Made by a program: the position numbers and the translations under genes. From a virus (taxonomy: Duplodnaviria; Caudoviricetes), in the IMG/VR virus record IMGVR_UViG_3300010163_000014, positions 26,237 to 90,236 of that record: a DNA stretch of 64,000 nt; one strand, 5' to 3'. Shown piece after piece: positions 28,630-38,609 of the stretch (its first letter is position 1; each line of letters starts with the position of its first letter). The notes beneath the pieces are model-generated. The model saw only the letters and a program-made list of their open reading frames with translations, ran no database searches and had not been told where the DNA came from.

Positions 28630-29460
28630 ATGAAGGTCAAGATTAATTATTCTCAGTCACTACCCGGATCTAAGCATTATAACCTGTATGGATCATGGGT
28701 TTCAGAAAATGTCGCAACTCGGAAAGAAATCGACATCGTCCGCAACATGTATTGCGGATACTACGGGATGTATATTACTCCCATTCCTGTCGATGAAAAT
28801 TTCCGAATTCTTCTTAATAGCAATTGTGCTTTTCCTCATGAAAAGCAGCAGGTTGATCAATTTCCGGAAAATCTCCACATCTACTCTGCGGATTATGGTG
28901 AGAATCAAGAAATCTCCTGGATCACTAATATCCATTCGAAGTATATCGTTATGACCAATCGTTGGCATGGCAAACGTAAAGACAGATCGTATTATGTTCC
29001 ATTTATCGTTGATGATCAAACTGTAAAACTTCTTCCGATTGAATTTAAACAGACACCGACAGGCACAAGATTGTGCTATGTTTGTGCAAGTCGATTGATA
29101 AATCGATTCTCTCCTGATTTTACGTCGGTTGAATTATCCGACATCTTCTGGGAAGTGTCAAAGATTGACACAAGCTATGTTGGGCCTTCACGGACATTGG
29201 AAAATACCTGCAAGATTGTCAAATATTGTCAACTTTTGTCGAGAGGAAGATGGCTTTCGACGGATGGAGTTCGAATTCTTGAACTCAATGATCCACATCT
29301 TCCTGCTCATGAGGTAGATCCCGACTTCATGAATTTGATTCAAAAGATGGATGATTCTATCCCGGCTCTATTTCAAAAGAAAGCTGATATGATCTATCAA
29401 TCAAATAAGGCTTATAAGGAATCAGTTAAGTCATTTGTGGAAGGTTGTGGAGCTCAATGA
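28630..29460 (+). CDS. Hypothetical protein (276 aa)
   Basis: GGAGG RBS. Confidence 0.7.
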   Translation: MKVKINYSQSLPGSKHYNLYGSWVSENVATRKEIDIVRNMYCGYYGMYITPIPVDENFRILLNSNCAFPHEKQQVDQFPENLHIYSADYGENQEISWITNIHSKYIVMTNRWHGKRKDRSYYVPFIVDDQTVKLLPIEFKQTPTGTRLCYVCASRLINRFSPDFTSVELSDIFWEVSKIDTSYVGPSRTLENTCKIVKYCQLLSRGRWLSTDGVRILELNDPHLPAHEVDPDFMNLIQKMDDSIPALFQKKADMIYQSNKAYKESVKSFVEGCGAQ

Positions 29461-30527
29461 AATTTATAAAACCAAAAAACTCTGCAGGTAATGATCACGC
29501 TCCGATACTCACAGCGTGGGATATCAGAACTTGCACTCCAATCATTGGTGGAAAAGAGTTTGAGTTTGTCAAAGATCAGTTTGCCAGGCCTTTGGTCCAA
29601 TTGGCCCGAAATAACATGTTCGGGTTTGTCAGCCCGATTCCTATCTTCTTCAGTGTCAAGGATGGAACTGCAGCGTTTGGAGATCTACTACCCTATGTAT
29701 CCGGCAGATACACCTATAACCTTCCGATCACCGAGGAACTCGCAAAGTGTACGGAAGATGAGAATAAGGCCGATGCAATGTCTGAAATCCTAAATGACTA
29801 TCTAAATGAAGATTTCCTTACTACCTGTAGTTGTATCAAAACCACTGAAGATGGGAAGCCGTATGTAAACTTCTGGGTTACTGGTATTCTGCCCAAATTC
29901 ATTGTCAAGATCCAATTCAATAGGAATGATGATGAAGAGTCTGGGTATTATATTCCAATGTATAGTGGAAATGGGCGCTACGATCTGTTTAGGTTCAGGA
30001 GATCTGATATCGGGCATTGTCCATTCTTCATTATGGACCAATATCCGACAGTTTCCAAAAGTACTCGCACTTACAATTGTCATGATATCAGAAATGTTGG
30101 CGGAAGTATTCTGGCAGAACTTTTCAATGTGGATAAGATGAAAATTGGCCTTCCCACTTCACTTGAGAATGCCAAGAATATGATGATCTTTATGAGTACA
30201 GGTAGTATCTTCCCAATGGGGAGGATTAAATCTATCATTCTTTATGAGATTAAATATCAGGATGATGACTTGTTTGATCCTGGAAAAGTTGATCCGCATT
30301 ATATTGCTCTCTATGATCATCTGGAAGATATCGCAATCAAACACCTCTATACGACTAAACTCTCTAATACGAGAGTTGGTTCAGATGAGGAATATGATGG
30401 ATCTTTAGAATACAATCGTGAGATCATTTGGGAGAAAGATCCAATCGGAATGCCCAAGACTCATCTGGTCAAAGATTCTATAATTCCGACATACTCAATC
30501 GTAGTCGACGACAAGCCCGGGGAATAA
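29445..30527 (+). CDS. Hypothetical protein (probable start 29457)
   Basis: ATGA overlap with the upstream stop; terminator at 30535-30574. Confidence 0.7.
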   Translation: MWSSMKFIKPKNSAGNDHAPILTAWDIRTCTPIIGGKEFEFVKDQFARPLVQLARNNMFGFVSPIPIFFSVKDGTAAFGDLLPYVSGRYTYNLPITEELAKCTEDENKADAMSEILNDYLNEDFLTTCSCIKTTEDGKPYVNFWVTGILPKFIVKIQFNRNDDEESGYYIPMYSGNGRYDLFRFRRSDIGHCPFFIMDQYPTVSKSTRTYNCHDIRNVGGSILAELFNVDKMKIGLPTSLENAKNMMIFMSTGSIFPMGRIKSIILYEIKYQDDDLFDPGKVDPHYIALYDHLEDIAIKHLYTTKLSNTRVGSDEEYDGSLEYNREIIWEKDPIGMPKTHLVKDSIIPTYSIVVDDKPGE

Positions 30528-30593
30528 CGCAAGGAAGAGATGGATGGGTGAAAAATCCCATCCATCTCTTTTTTATAATTTCTAACTATGATT

Positions 30594-30603
30594 GATACAT
30601 TAT
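30594..30603 (+). promoter_or_regulatory. Putative early promoter GATACATTAT
   Basis: Motif upstream of gyrB. Confidence 0.5.
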
Positions 30604-30674
30604 TAATAGGTAAGGATAGTCACCCACATATAACATATGAATAGCACATTCCATTTGCAAAATCCATTAGAAAG

Positions 30675-33164
30675 GTGTGTTTCATTTTGCCTGCAGAAAT
30701 CTATCACGGTAGTAGTTTTCCTGCAAAGATGCCTAAACATGAAAAGAAACAAGATACCACACAGTATCTTGTAACTCAGGATAGGCAAGACAAGTTCTCT
30801 GATGATGTATACATGACAATGGCGAATCAAATTGAAGAGATTCGATCTTCTATTTCCATGTATGTATCTCCTTTGGGAACTCAGGGTGGTCTTCATCTCT
30901 GCAAAGAGATTATCAATAATGCCATTGATGAGGCTATGAATGCAGAGAGTAAGATCAACACCCGAAAGATCTATGTGACCTTTAATGAGGGAACCAGGCA
31001 GTTCACTATTACAGATGAAGGCCGAGGGATTCCTCTAGACTTTTTGAAAGATACCGTATGCAAGAAGCATATGGGAACCAAAACGATTGGTAAAGCCAAT
31101 CGAAATAAAGACCTAGCCGGCATGAATGGCGTGGGTTTGACTGTTATTGCCGCTCTGTCTGACTATATGTCTATCACTTCCTATCGTGGATTTAAGGCTA
31201 AAACGCTTGAATTCCATGATGGTGTTTTGAGTGAGGGCAAGGTTCAGACTTTAAAGAAAGAGAGATATGGATTATCTGTATCCTCTATTCCATCTGAGAA
31301 ATATCTCGGTCCGATGGATCTGACCAGAGATATCGTCGAGGATTATTTCAGACATATGTCTTATATCCTCCGAGGAGACATCTCTATCTATTATGAGGGA
31401 TCTCTCGGAGATGATAAACATAAAATCCTTTATAAGAGAAGTGGTCTGAAGACCAATGTTGAATATTTATCCTCTTCTTTGGAGTTTGCTCCGGTTGAGG
31501 TAGAATGTGAGAATGAAGACTTCGGTCTAGAAGTTGCATTCAGTTATGATCGTTCTTTAGATGAGATGATTTGTGATTCCTATGCAAACTATATCATCAC
31601 CACAGAAGGCGGAACTCATGAGCAAGTTGCTCAGAGAGCCATTTGTGAGTTCTTGAGTCGGGAAGCAAAGAAGCTAGATCCGACCAATAAGATTGAGATC
31701 AGCTATGACGATTGCCGGAAGGGGCTTGTCATGGCGGTCAATTGTCGTCATGTGAAACCGATTCTGGAAGGTCAGCACAAATCTAAACTGTCCAGTCAAG
31801 ATGTCTTGAAAAGTGGACGGTATATGATTCAAAAAGTGCTGACTGCGTACTTCCATGAAAATCCTGGTCTATTGAGAAAGATCATTGGTTACCTCCGAAA
31901 TGTAGCAAAAGCCCGTTTGGAGAGTAATAAGATCAAAGGTGTAAGCACCAGTCATAAGCCAATGTCACTCTTACAGGATGCAGAGATCAAAGGTTTCTTT
32001 AATATCTCCGACCGTTATTGGAAGGGATATAAAGAACTATATATATGTGAGGGCGATTCCGCTGCAGGTGCTCTGGAGAATTGTCGAAATAAGAAGTATC
32101 AGGCTCTATATGGAGTCATGGGTGTCACAGATAATATCTATGATATGTCTCTATCCCAACTGATGAATGCCCCAACCTTTAGAAATCTTGTGACGATTCT
32201 TGGTTGTGGTATTGGAAAGGACTTCGATCTCAATAAGCTGAGATATAATAAGATTATCATCTGTGCTGACTCAGATTCTGATGGACGATATATCACCAGT
32301 TTGATTATGTGCTTCTTCCTGATCTTTATGCCAGAGGTTATTGAGGCTGGTAGACTGTTTAAAGCTATGCCCCCTCTGTATTTGCTGAAGAAAGATGGGA
32401 AGTTTAAGTATTATAAAGGCAGAGAGTTCTTGTATGATAAGCGTGAGCTGTATCAGATCGAGAATACTGCCATTGCCAACAATGTCGAGTTTGCTCTTGA
32501 TGGAGATAATAAGAATATCAAGAGAGGTTTGACAAAGAAGGAAGCTATTGACTGGTTGAATATGAATGCCGAGTATATGCTCGAGTTGAATAATCTGGCC
32601 GCTCGTTCTAGCTGTGGTCCTACCGTGGTCGAATACGCTGCATATTTCAAGCTGGTATGTGGTAAGGATGAGCAGAGGTTTAAGATGATGATTGAACGGC
32701 AATTCCCCGAGATGACCTATGATATTCAGACACAGTCTTTGTCTGGATCTTGGGATTTGAAGGAATTCAGTCTGATTTGTGATAAACTCTTTATGAGATC
32801 TGCTGAACGGTATATGGCTCTCTTGGTTAAGAACCCGAGCCTATTCGTATATGTCAAGAATAAGAATGATGACTCTGATTACTATGATAAGATGACTATT
32901 GGTCAATTCCTTGGGTCCATGGGTGCCCAATATAGTCTTGGAATTGAGCAGAGGTTTAAAGGATTAGGTGAGGCAGATGCATATCTGCTCTTTATGACCA
33001 CCATGAATCCGAAAACTCGCAAACTTCTCCGTATCACAATGCCGGATAAGAAGAAAGCGGAAGAGGTCTTCCAGCTTCTACACCAGAAATCTGAAAAGAT
33101 GATTGAGGCAAGACGAGATCTGTTAGATAATACCACGATCTCTTATGCAGATATCGATAACTAA
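30675..33164 (+). CDS. gyrB: Type IIA topoisomerase subunit B (GyrB/ParE-like)
   Basis: GHKL motifs EIINNAIDEA, DEGRGIP, GMNGVGLT; TOPRIM motifs EGDSA, DSDSDG; RFKGLGE. Confidence 0.92.
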   Translation: MCFILPAEIYHGSSFPAKMPKHEKKQDTTQYLVTQDRQDKFSDDVYMTMANQIEEIRSSISMYVSPLGTQGGLHLCKEIINNAIDEAMNAESKINTRKIYVTFNEGTRQFTITDEGRGIPLDFLKDTVCKKHMGTKTIGKANRNKDLAGMNGVGLTVIAALSDYMSITSYRGFKAKTLEFHDGVLSEGKVQTLKKERYGLSVSSIPSEKYLGPMDLTRDIVEDYFRHMSYILRGDISIYYEGSLGDDKHKILYKRSGLKTNVEYLSSSLEFAPVEVECENEDFGLEVAFSYDRSLDEMICDSYANYIITTEGGTHEQVAQRAICEFLSREAKKLDPTNKIEISYDDCRKGLVMAVNCRHVKPILEGQHKSKLSSQDVLKSGRYMIQKVLTAYFHENPGLLRKIIGYLRNVAKARLESNKIKGVSTSHKPMSLLQDAEIKGFFNISDRYWKGYKELYICEGDSAAGALENCRNKKYQALYGVMGVTDNIYDMSLSQLMNAPTFRNLVTILGCGIGKDFDLNKLRYNKIIICADSDSDGRYITSLIMCFFLIFMPEVIEAGRLFKAMPPLYLLKKDGKFKYYKGREFLYDKRELYQIENTAIANNVEFALDGDNKNIKRGLTKKEAIDWLNMNAEYMLELNNLAARSSCGPTVVEYAAYFKLVCGKDEQRFKMMIERQFPEMTYDIQTQSLSGSWDLKEFSLICDKLFMRSAERYMALLVKNPSLFVYVKNKNDDSDYYDKMTIGQFLGSMGAQYSLGIEQRFKGLGEADAYLLFMTTMNPKTRKLLRITMPDKKKAEEVFQLLHQKSEKMIEARRDLLDNTTISYADIDN

Positions 33165-33178
33165 AAGGAGAATCTATC

Positions 33179-34168
33179 ATGGGAAAAATTTACACGGTTG
33201 ACATTGACTACAGCGACACTGGTCTGTACTTTGAAGATCTTCAGAAACTATATGAAGCTCATTTAGCCCCTCTGATTGAGAGGGGCTGCCTCTTTGGTGA
33301 GTCGTGGTATCCAACTCAAACCCTTGAGCCGTTCCAATTGGGATACTATTGTGCAGTAAATCCTCGTACGGCTCTCTTTAAAATCAATGAGATCAGGCTT
33401 CAGATGGATGATGAGATTATTATTCATCAAATGGATATCGAATTTCTGAATTCTGATTATGAGAAAATATATGAGTCCAATCCAGATGATTGGAGATTTG
33501 TACCTCGGCTACTCAATGCCGAGCAAATAAAGGTTATTCCTGGACTTGTCGATGATTCGTTCTCCAATTTCTGGATCACTGTTGATATCACTCTGGTAAA
33601 AGATATTCTTCAAAAATGGGGGCCATTCCTTAAGAATTTCCAGGTACCTCCTGTGCAATCGAATATAGTTAAGATTGGTTTTAAGCCTGACAGTAGTGGA
33701 AATACTTCAATTTTGAGTATGGATGAGATACAAGAAATGATTAAGAAAACCTCATGTGAGAATCTAACGACTGATGATGCTAATGAATATACAGTTATCA
33801 TCAACCCAGTGGGTATATCAAAGGATGATATCCTCAATGCATGTAAGTCTGAGCCCATTTGTGAATTCATAGCAAATGATCGGCTTTTTGGCGCCATTGA
33901 TCCAAATCTAGATTATATATCGATGATGGATTTCACAACTGTTAAACCTACTGATGCAAAGTTTTCTATTAGAAAAGTATATGAATATTTGGGTGATTTG
34001 TATGCTGAAATCCGTTTCATTGATAATGATGTCAAAATGTTATGTTCTAACCATCTAGATCAATTCAGTCTTAGGCCTAGAATGATTATAAACACATCGA
34101 GAACTGGAAAACGCTCTCTGTATAGACTTATCACATTTGATCTATACAGTGTTGATGAAAAGAGGTAA
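33179..34168 (+). CDS. Protein with two degenerate prohead-protease-like domains
   Basis: Two repeats of LFG(E/A)...P..A.F.I...PR(L/M)...IT(V/F)D align with the 49299-50147 protease; catalytic His and Ser are absent. Confidence 0.5.
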   Translation: MGKIYTVDIDYSDTGLYFEDLQKLYEAHLAPLIERGCLFGESWYPTQTLEPFQLGYYCAVNPRTALFKINEIRLQMDDEIIIHQMDIEFLNSDYEKIYESNPDDWRFVPRLLNAEQIKVIPGLVDDSFSNFWITVDITLVKDILQKWGPFLKNFQVPPVQSNIVKIGFKPDSSGNTSILSMDEIQEMIKKTSCENLTTDDANEYTVIINPVGISKDDILNACKSEPICEFIANDRLFGAIDPNLDYISMMDFTTVKPTDAKFSIRKVYEYLGDLYAEIRFIDNDVKMLCSNHLDQFSLRPRMIINTSRTGKRSLYRLITFDLYSVDEKR

Positions 34169-34173
34169 CTGTA

Positions 34174-34575
34174 GTGTACAGTATGAAGGTTCAAACTGAA
34201 AATTATGATTTACCAGTGTCATTCTATTTAGAGCAATGCGGTAAACCTCCAATTGATGATCTTCTATCGACAAATACCTTTTATGGAGAGTATAATCCCA
34301 GATTTGATCGGATGGATGTCTCTGTATCTAGGCTCACTTCGATATATAAGGATGCAAAGAAAATCATCATTAAAAAGGTCTATGGCTGTAAGGGTGGATT
34401 GTATGTCGACTTCAAATTTGATTCGATAACCCCTGAAAGTCGATATATTAGGCATTCAGATAGGCACGTTTTAGTTCCTAGAATTTTGTGGAATGAACCT
34501 CCACAGTTAATCACATTCGATCTCTTGTATCTGGACAGTAAGGAGCGGATGCCCGTTGAAACCCAAGGTGAGTAA
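34174..34575 (+). CDS. Single degenerate prohead-protease-like domain protein
   Basis: FYGEYNP...I.KVY....LY....LVPRI...LITFDL; paralog of both halves of 33179-34168. Confidence 0.5.
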   Translation: MYSMKVQTENYDLPVSFYLEQCGKPPIDDLLSTNTFYGEYNPRFDRMDVSVSRLTSIYKDAKKIIIKKVYGCKGGLYVDFKFDSITPESRYIRHSDRHVLVPRILWNEPPQLITFDLLYLDSKERMPVETQGE

Positions 34576-37084
34576 TATCAAGCCCTCAGAAAGCAAGTTG
34601 ATGTGGGCTGGTATTGAAGAGGAAAATTTTCTCTATGAGCAAACCACTGGAAACATAGAGGATGTTGATATTGCGGAGTATGACAAGGAAAACATGGTCT
34701 ATTTCTTTGCCAATACCAACTACTTCCGTCAGATGATTCGACTCTCTGATGGATTAAAGCCAGTTGTCAGACGTACTCTTATGACTCTTTATAAGGGTCA
34801 TGCCTATAATGGAACCAGAATGAAATCTGGTTCCGTTGTTGGTGATACTCTGAAGACTCATGCACATAATGATACTGCGATTTACGATGCCATGGTATCA
34901 TTGGCTCAGAGATGGAGAACTCCTGTTCCTATGATTAAGGGAAAGGGTAACTTCGGCAATGAAGCTGATGCTCCATATGCAGCTTCTCGTTATACGGAAG
35001 CCTCCATGAGCAAATATGGATATGAGTGTTTCTTCAGTGATTTTGATCCAGAGTGTATCGAGATGATGCACAATACAGCGGCAGATATCTATGAACCGAT
35101 GACACTTCCTACCAAGTTTCCAAATATCTTGGTGAATGGCGGTGTTGGGTTTGCACCCTGTAATGCGTTCCGGGTACCTCCGTTCAATATCGATGATATC
35201 ATCAAGAATACTAAGAAGGTTTTGGCAAATCCCAATTGCGGGGAGATCTATATGGTTCCTGATCTCCCAACTGGATGCCCGATTGTAGATACCGATGGAG
35301 TACTAGACCAGATCTGTGAGACTGGTAAAGGCACTCTAAGGATGAGAGCAGATATCGAAATCAAAGAGATTATGATGAACCACAAGAAATACTGGGCACT
35401 CTGTGTCAAGAATATCCCGTGGAGAGTATCTCTAAGATTGATTGATAAGAAAATCCTTGAACTGAAGAGGAGTGGAAAACTACCGATTGAAGATCGGCAA
35501 GATAACTCCTATCAGATCAGAGGGAAAGATGGTCAGTTTACCATGGTGATTGACTATTGGATCATTGTAGATCATGCGCATGACCCTTATGCTATTCGGA
35601 ATAAGATCTGGAAACTGACCGATTTGGACAAAGGTGTCTCGGTTGATCTGAAGGCTGTAGTTGAAGAACTGAAAGTTAGGAGATTCTCTCTCAAGATGCT
35701 TATCCAGGCATGGATTGATGAGAGGAGATCCTATAAACGCCGGCTCTATAATAAGAGAGTAGTCAAGCTCAATGAGCGAATTGAACTGCTCAAGGTTTTG
35801 ATTACAGCTCTGGATGATCAGCATATCGAGAAGACGATCAGTATCATGAGGAAATGTAAAGACGATGAGCTCTATAATAAGCTTTCCAAGCATTGTGGAA
35901 TGACCACATATCAGGCAATGCGTCTTGCAACCTCTCAATTCAATACTCTGACCAAAGAGGCCAGAGATCGATTTATCAAAGAACTCCCTGAGCGAGTCGC
36001 TGAACGTGATGAACTCATGGAGATCATGAGGTCTGAGAAGAGGATTGACCAGGTTATTGCTGATGAACTGGAAGATCTGAGAAAGTATGCTTCTCCTCGG
36101 AAGAGCCGTATCATTGCTGATAGTGAAGCTGGTGAAGTGATCACGGATAGTATGCACAATCTGATGATCACCAACCAGGGATATATCAAGAAGCTTCCGT
36201 TTTATAAGGATGAACCCAAGCGAAATAATAACTTGGGTGTCTTCAATCAGATGGATTATCCGATCTCTTTGATGTTGGTCAATAACCGGGATTCGGTGAT
36301 GTTCTTTGATAGCTATGGTCGGTATTCCATTATCCCGGTTCACTCGATTGACAATTGTGAACCGAGTAATGTTGGACACCGTATCTATGATTTTACAAAG
36401 CTAAATGGCAAGATCATTCAAGTCATGCCATGCTTTAAGAATTCACAATTGGATGAACTCACCAAGAGATTTGGTGAGGCGTATTTGGTCACGTTGACGA
36501 CAGATGGTTATATCAAGAAGACTCCTCTGAGCGATTATCTACAGGTAAAAAGCACTCGTAATATCCGAGCTGCGAAAGTAAGGGAGGGTGATAACCTCGC
36601 ATATGTGTCTTATCTGTTTGGAAATCCAAATGTAGTCATCTACACCAAGAAGGGCAAGTATCTCTATACCAATATGGCATCTTTTGATGCCACTGGAAAA
36701 GACACGGCTGGTTTGTTGAGTATGAAACTTGAACCCGATGATCAGTGTGTTGGAATCTCGATTGTACCGAAGACGACTGAGTTTATCACGGTACTCACTG
36801 AGAAAGGTCTTGTCAAGAAGTGTGAGATTGAATACTTCGGAGATATCAATAAGAGAAGGGCAGCACCCTCTTATCTGGCAACTCTGGATAAGAGTGATAA
36901 TGTTTTCAAGGTTATTGCAATGACCCACAGAGAAGATCTTGTGGTAGTCACTATGCATAATTCGTTTACACTCAAGAATAAAGAGATTCCGGTGTTGACC
37001 AGAAAGGCCAAGGGCAGTAAGATGATTCCGGTACCTCTTGGAAGTAAAATCGTCGCGGTAGATACCGTTGTGCTTGTTAAGTAA
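34556..37084 (+). CDS. gyrA: Type IIA topoisomerase subunit A (GyrA/ParC-like)
   Basis: DGLKPVVRR; HAHND..IYD; GNFG; catalytic Tyr in AASRYTE; LPTKFPN.LVNG; six C-terminal pinwheel-like repeats (T..GYIKK). Confidence 0.92.
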   Translation: MKPKVSNIKPSESKLMWAGIEEENFLYEQTTGNIEDVDIAEYDKENMVYFFANTNYFRQMIRLSDGLKPVVRRTLMTLYKGHAYNGTRMKSGSVVGDTLKTHAHNDTAIYDAMVSLAQRWRTPVPMIKGKGNFGNEADAPYAASRYTEASMSKYGYECFFSDFDPECIEMMHNTAADIYEPMTLPTKFPNILVNGGVGFAPCNAFRVPPFNIDDIIKNTKKVLANPNCGEIYMVPDLPTGCPIVDTDGVLDQICETGKGTLRMRADIEIKEIMMNHKKYWALCVKNIPWRVSLRLIDKKILELKRSGKLPIEDRQDNSYQIRGKDGQFTMVIDYWIIVDHAHDPYAIRNKIWKLTDLDKGVSVDLKAVVEELKVRRFSLKMLIQAWIDERRSYKRRLYNKRVVKLNERIELLKVLITALDDQHIEKTISIMRKCKDDELYNKLSKHCGMTTYQAMRLATSQFNTLTKEARDRFIKELPERVAERDELMEIMRSEKRIDQVIADELEDLRKYASPRKSRIIADSEAGEVITDSMHNLMITNQGYIKKLPFYKDEPKRNNNLGVFNQMDYPISLMLVNNRDSVMFFDSYGRYSIIPVHSIDNCEPSNVGHRIYDFTKLNGKIIQVMPCFKNSQLDELTKRFGEAYLVTLTTDGYIKKTPLSDYLQVKSTRNIRAAKVREGDNLAYVSYLFGNPNVVIYTKKGKYLYTNMASFDATGKDTAGLLSMKLEPDDQCVGISIVPKTTEFITVLTEKGLVKKCEIEYFGDINKRRAAPSYLATLDKSDNVFKVIAMTHREDLVVVTMHNSFTLKNKEIPVLTRKAKGSKMIPVPLGSKIVAVDTVVLVK

Positions 37085-37122
37085 AAAAGAGATAGGGCTG
37101 GGATATCCCAGCCCTATCTTAT
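37084..37122 (+). terminator. Intrinsic terminator after gyrA
   Basis: AGATAGGGCTGGG/CCCAGCCCTATCT. Confidence 0.75.
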
Positions 37123-37139
37123 TCTAGGAGGATTGTCTC

Positions 37140-37910
37140 ATGGCATTTAAAGATGTCTATATTCCATTTGATGAATTCATTGAGCAAGTTCAATATATAG
37201 AAGTCGGAGCGATTCAAGCTCTTATGGTTGCGATTGAAAAAATGTCTATATTGAACGAATATAGAGATCGATATTTTCTTCCATATCCATTTCAATCTAG
37301 TTATCTTGCTCAGTGTATTGAAGGTTCTGAGCATGATAACTATAAGGCAAAGGTTAGTATTGGAGAATGCGAGACGATTGACCAGTTAGCAATTCGGGTT
37401 CTTGTTAATAATGATCATTCTACTCAACTTCCGATTTATTGTATTGGGGGTGATATCCCACATTATAATTATGAAGAGTTCTGTGATGGGCGATTTAATC
37501 GTTTTCTTCAATCTTCCATTTCAAAGGATGAATTTGAAAAGAAGAAGGACTCCATTATCATTTTGAATGCAGATCGAAATAATGCATTTTCATTTGATTC
37601 TAATACTGATTATTTCGTTTCAATTCCAAACTTCCAGGGTTATTATGTAACTCGAAAAATGGATGGAGCATCTGATGCTGAGATCTTCAAAGAGTATTCG
37701 GAACTCTCGCTCAAAGGCGATATCAATGAAGTCACAGCCCAAAATGTTTGTCTAATTACTCCAGATCAAAAGCATTTTGTCGGAACGATAAATGAATATT
37801 GCCAAACTGAATATGGAGGTGACTATGATAAAACCGTAGAGAGAGTCATGAGAGAGATCAAGGATTTCGGTCTCACTACGATTTATCCGTTTGAATGGTA
37901 TGAATATTAA
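37140..37910 (+). CDS. Hypothetical protein (256 aa)
   Basis: AGGAGG RBS. Confidence 0.7.
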   Translation: MAFKDVYIPFDEFIEQVQYIEVGAIQALMVAIEKMSILNEYRDRYFLPYPFQSSYLAQCIEGSEHDNYKAKVSIGECETIDQLAIRVLVNNDHSTQLPIYCIGGDIPHYNYEEFCDGRFNRFLQSSISKDEFEKKKDSIIILNADRNNAFSFDSNTDYFVSIPNFQGYYVTRKMDGASDAEIFKEYSELSLKGDINEVTAQNVCLITPDQKHFVGTINEYCQTEYGGDYDKTVERVMREIKDFGLTTIYPFEWYEY

Positions 37911-37924
37911 TAGGGGGAGATAGT

Positions 37925-38542
37925 ATGAAGATAATACGCTCTGCAGATTTAGATAGAAAACTTCCATGGAAGTTACGCTATGAATGGTTCCATAAAGGTA
38001 ATTATGCAAGAAAAATATTAGTTTTTGCAATTCCTCTCACTGAAATTGATGAAAATCCTGAAATTGCTAAGGATATGGTTAATCGTTTTAAACAGAGGAT
38101 GTACAGATTACGATATTCCCGTCGACGTCATAGCATTTATTGTGGAGAACTGAATCCTAGATATCCATATTCCCGTGGATACTTCAAGATGAATGAAAGA
38201 TATCATACAATTAAACATTGTAATGGATTTTGGAATCTGCTTAATGTTGCTATAATCAATTCAGAGGTATGGTTTCGGGTGATGCTTAATATAAGTGATC
38301 AAATTGCTAATTCTCTTGGTGGTAATATTCTAGATCATGATATCTATGCAGATATGCTTGATCATCCTGACTGCTATACTGTGCATCCTAGACTTGCATC
38401 ATTAAAAGGTACCAATGCAACCATTAGTGAAATAATTGCCTTAGATCTATATCTGAATAATAATCCCAGATCTGCTCTTACTAATAAAATTCGAATTAAA
38501 CGGAAAATATCGGATGGGGATGGTTCACTAAAACATTATTAA
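37925..38542 (+). CDS. Hypothetical basic protein (205 aa)
   Basis: GGGGGAG RBS. Confidence 0.65.
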   Translation: MKIIRSADLDRKLPWKLRYEWFHKGNYARKILVFAIPLTEIDENPEIAKDMVNRFKQRMYRLRYSRRRHSIYCGELNPRYPYSRGYFKMNERYHTIKHCNGFWNLLNVAIINSEVWFRVMLNISDQIANSLGGNILDHDIYADMLDHPDCYTVHPRLASLKGTNATISEIIALDLYLNNNPRSALTNKIRIKRKISDGDGSLKHY

Positions 38543-38570
38543 ATTAGGAACCATCCCGGTAATAAATTTA

Positions 38571-38580
38571 AATATATTAT
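38571..38580 (+). promoter_or_regulatory. Putative early promoter AATATATTAT
   Basis: Motif 30 nt upstream of 38610. Confidence 0.5.
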
Positions 38581-38609
38581 CGAGAATGAAATCGAAAGGT
38601 GTGAATTAA

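Noticed and set aside
27924-28640. 238-aa minus-strand ORF
   Set aside because: Antisense shadow of the 27603-28577 gene.
35480-36379. 299-aa minus-strand ORF
   Set aside because: Antisense shadow of gyrA; no RBS or motifs.
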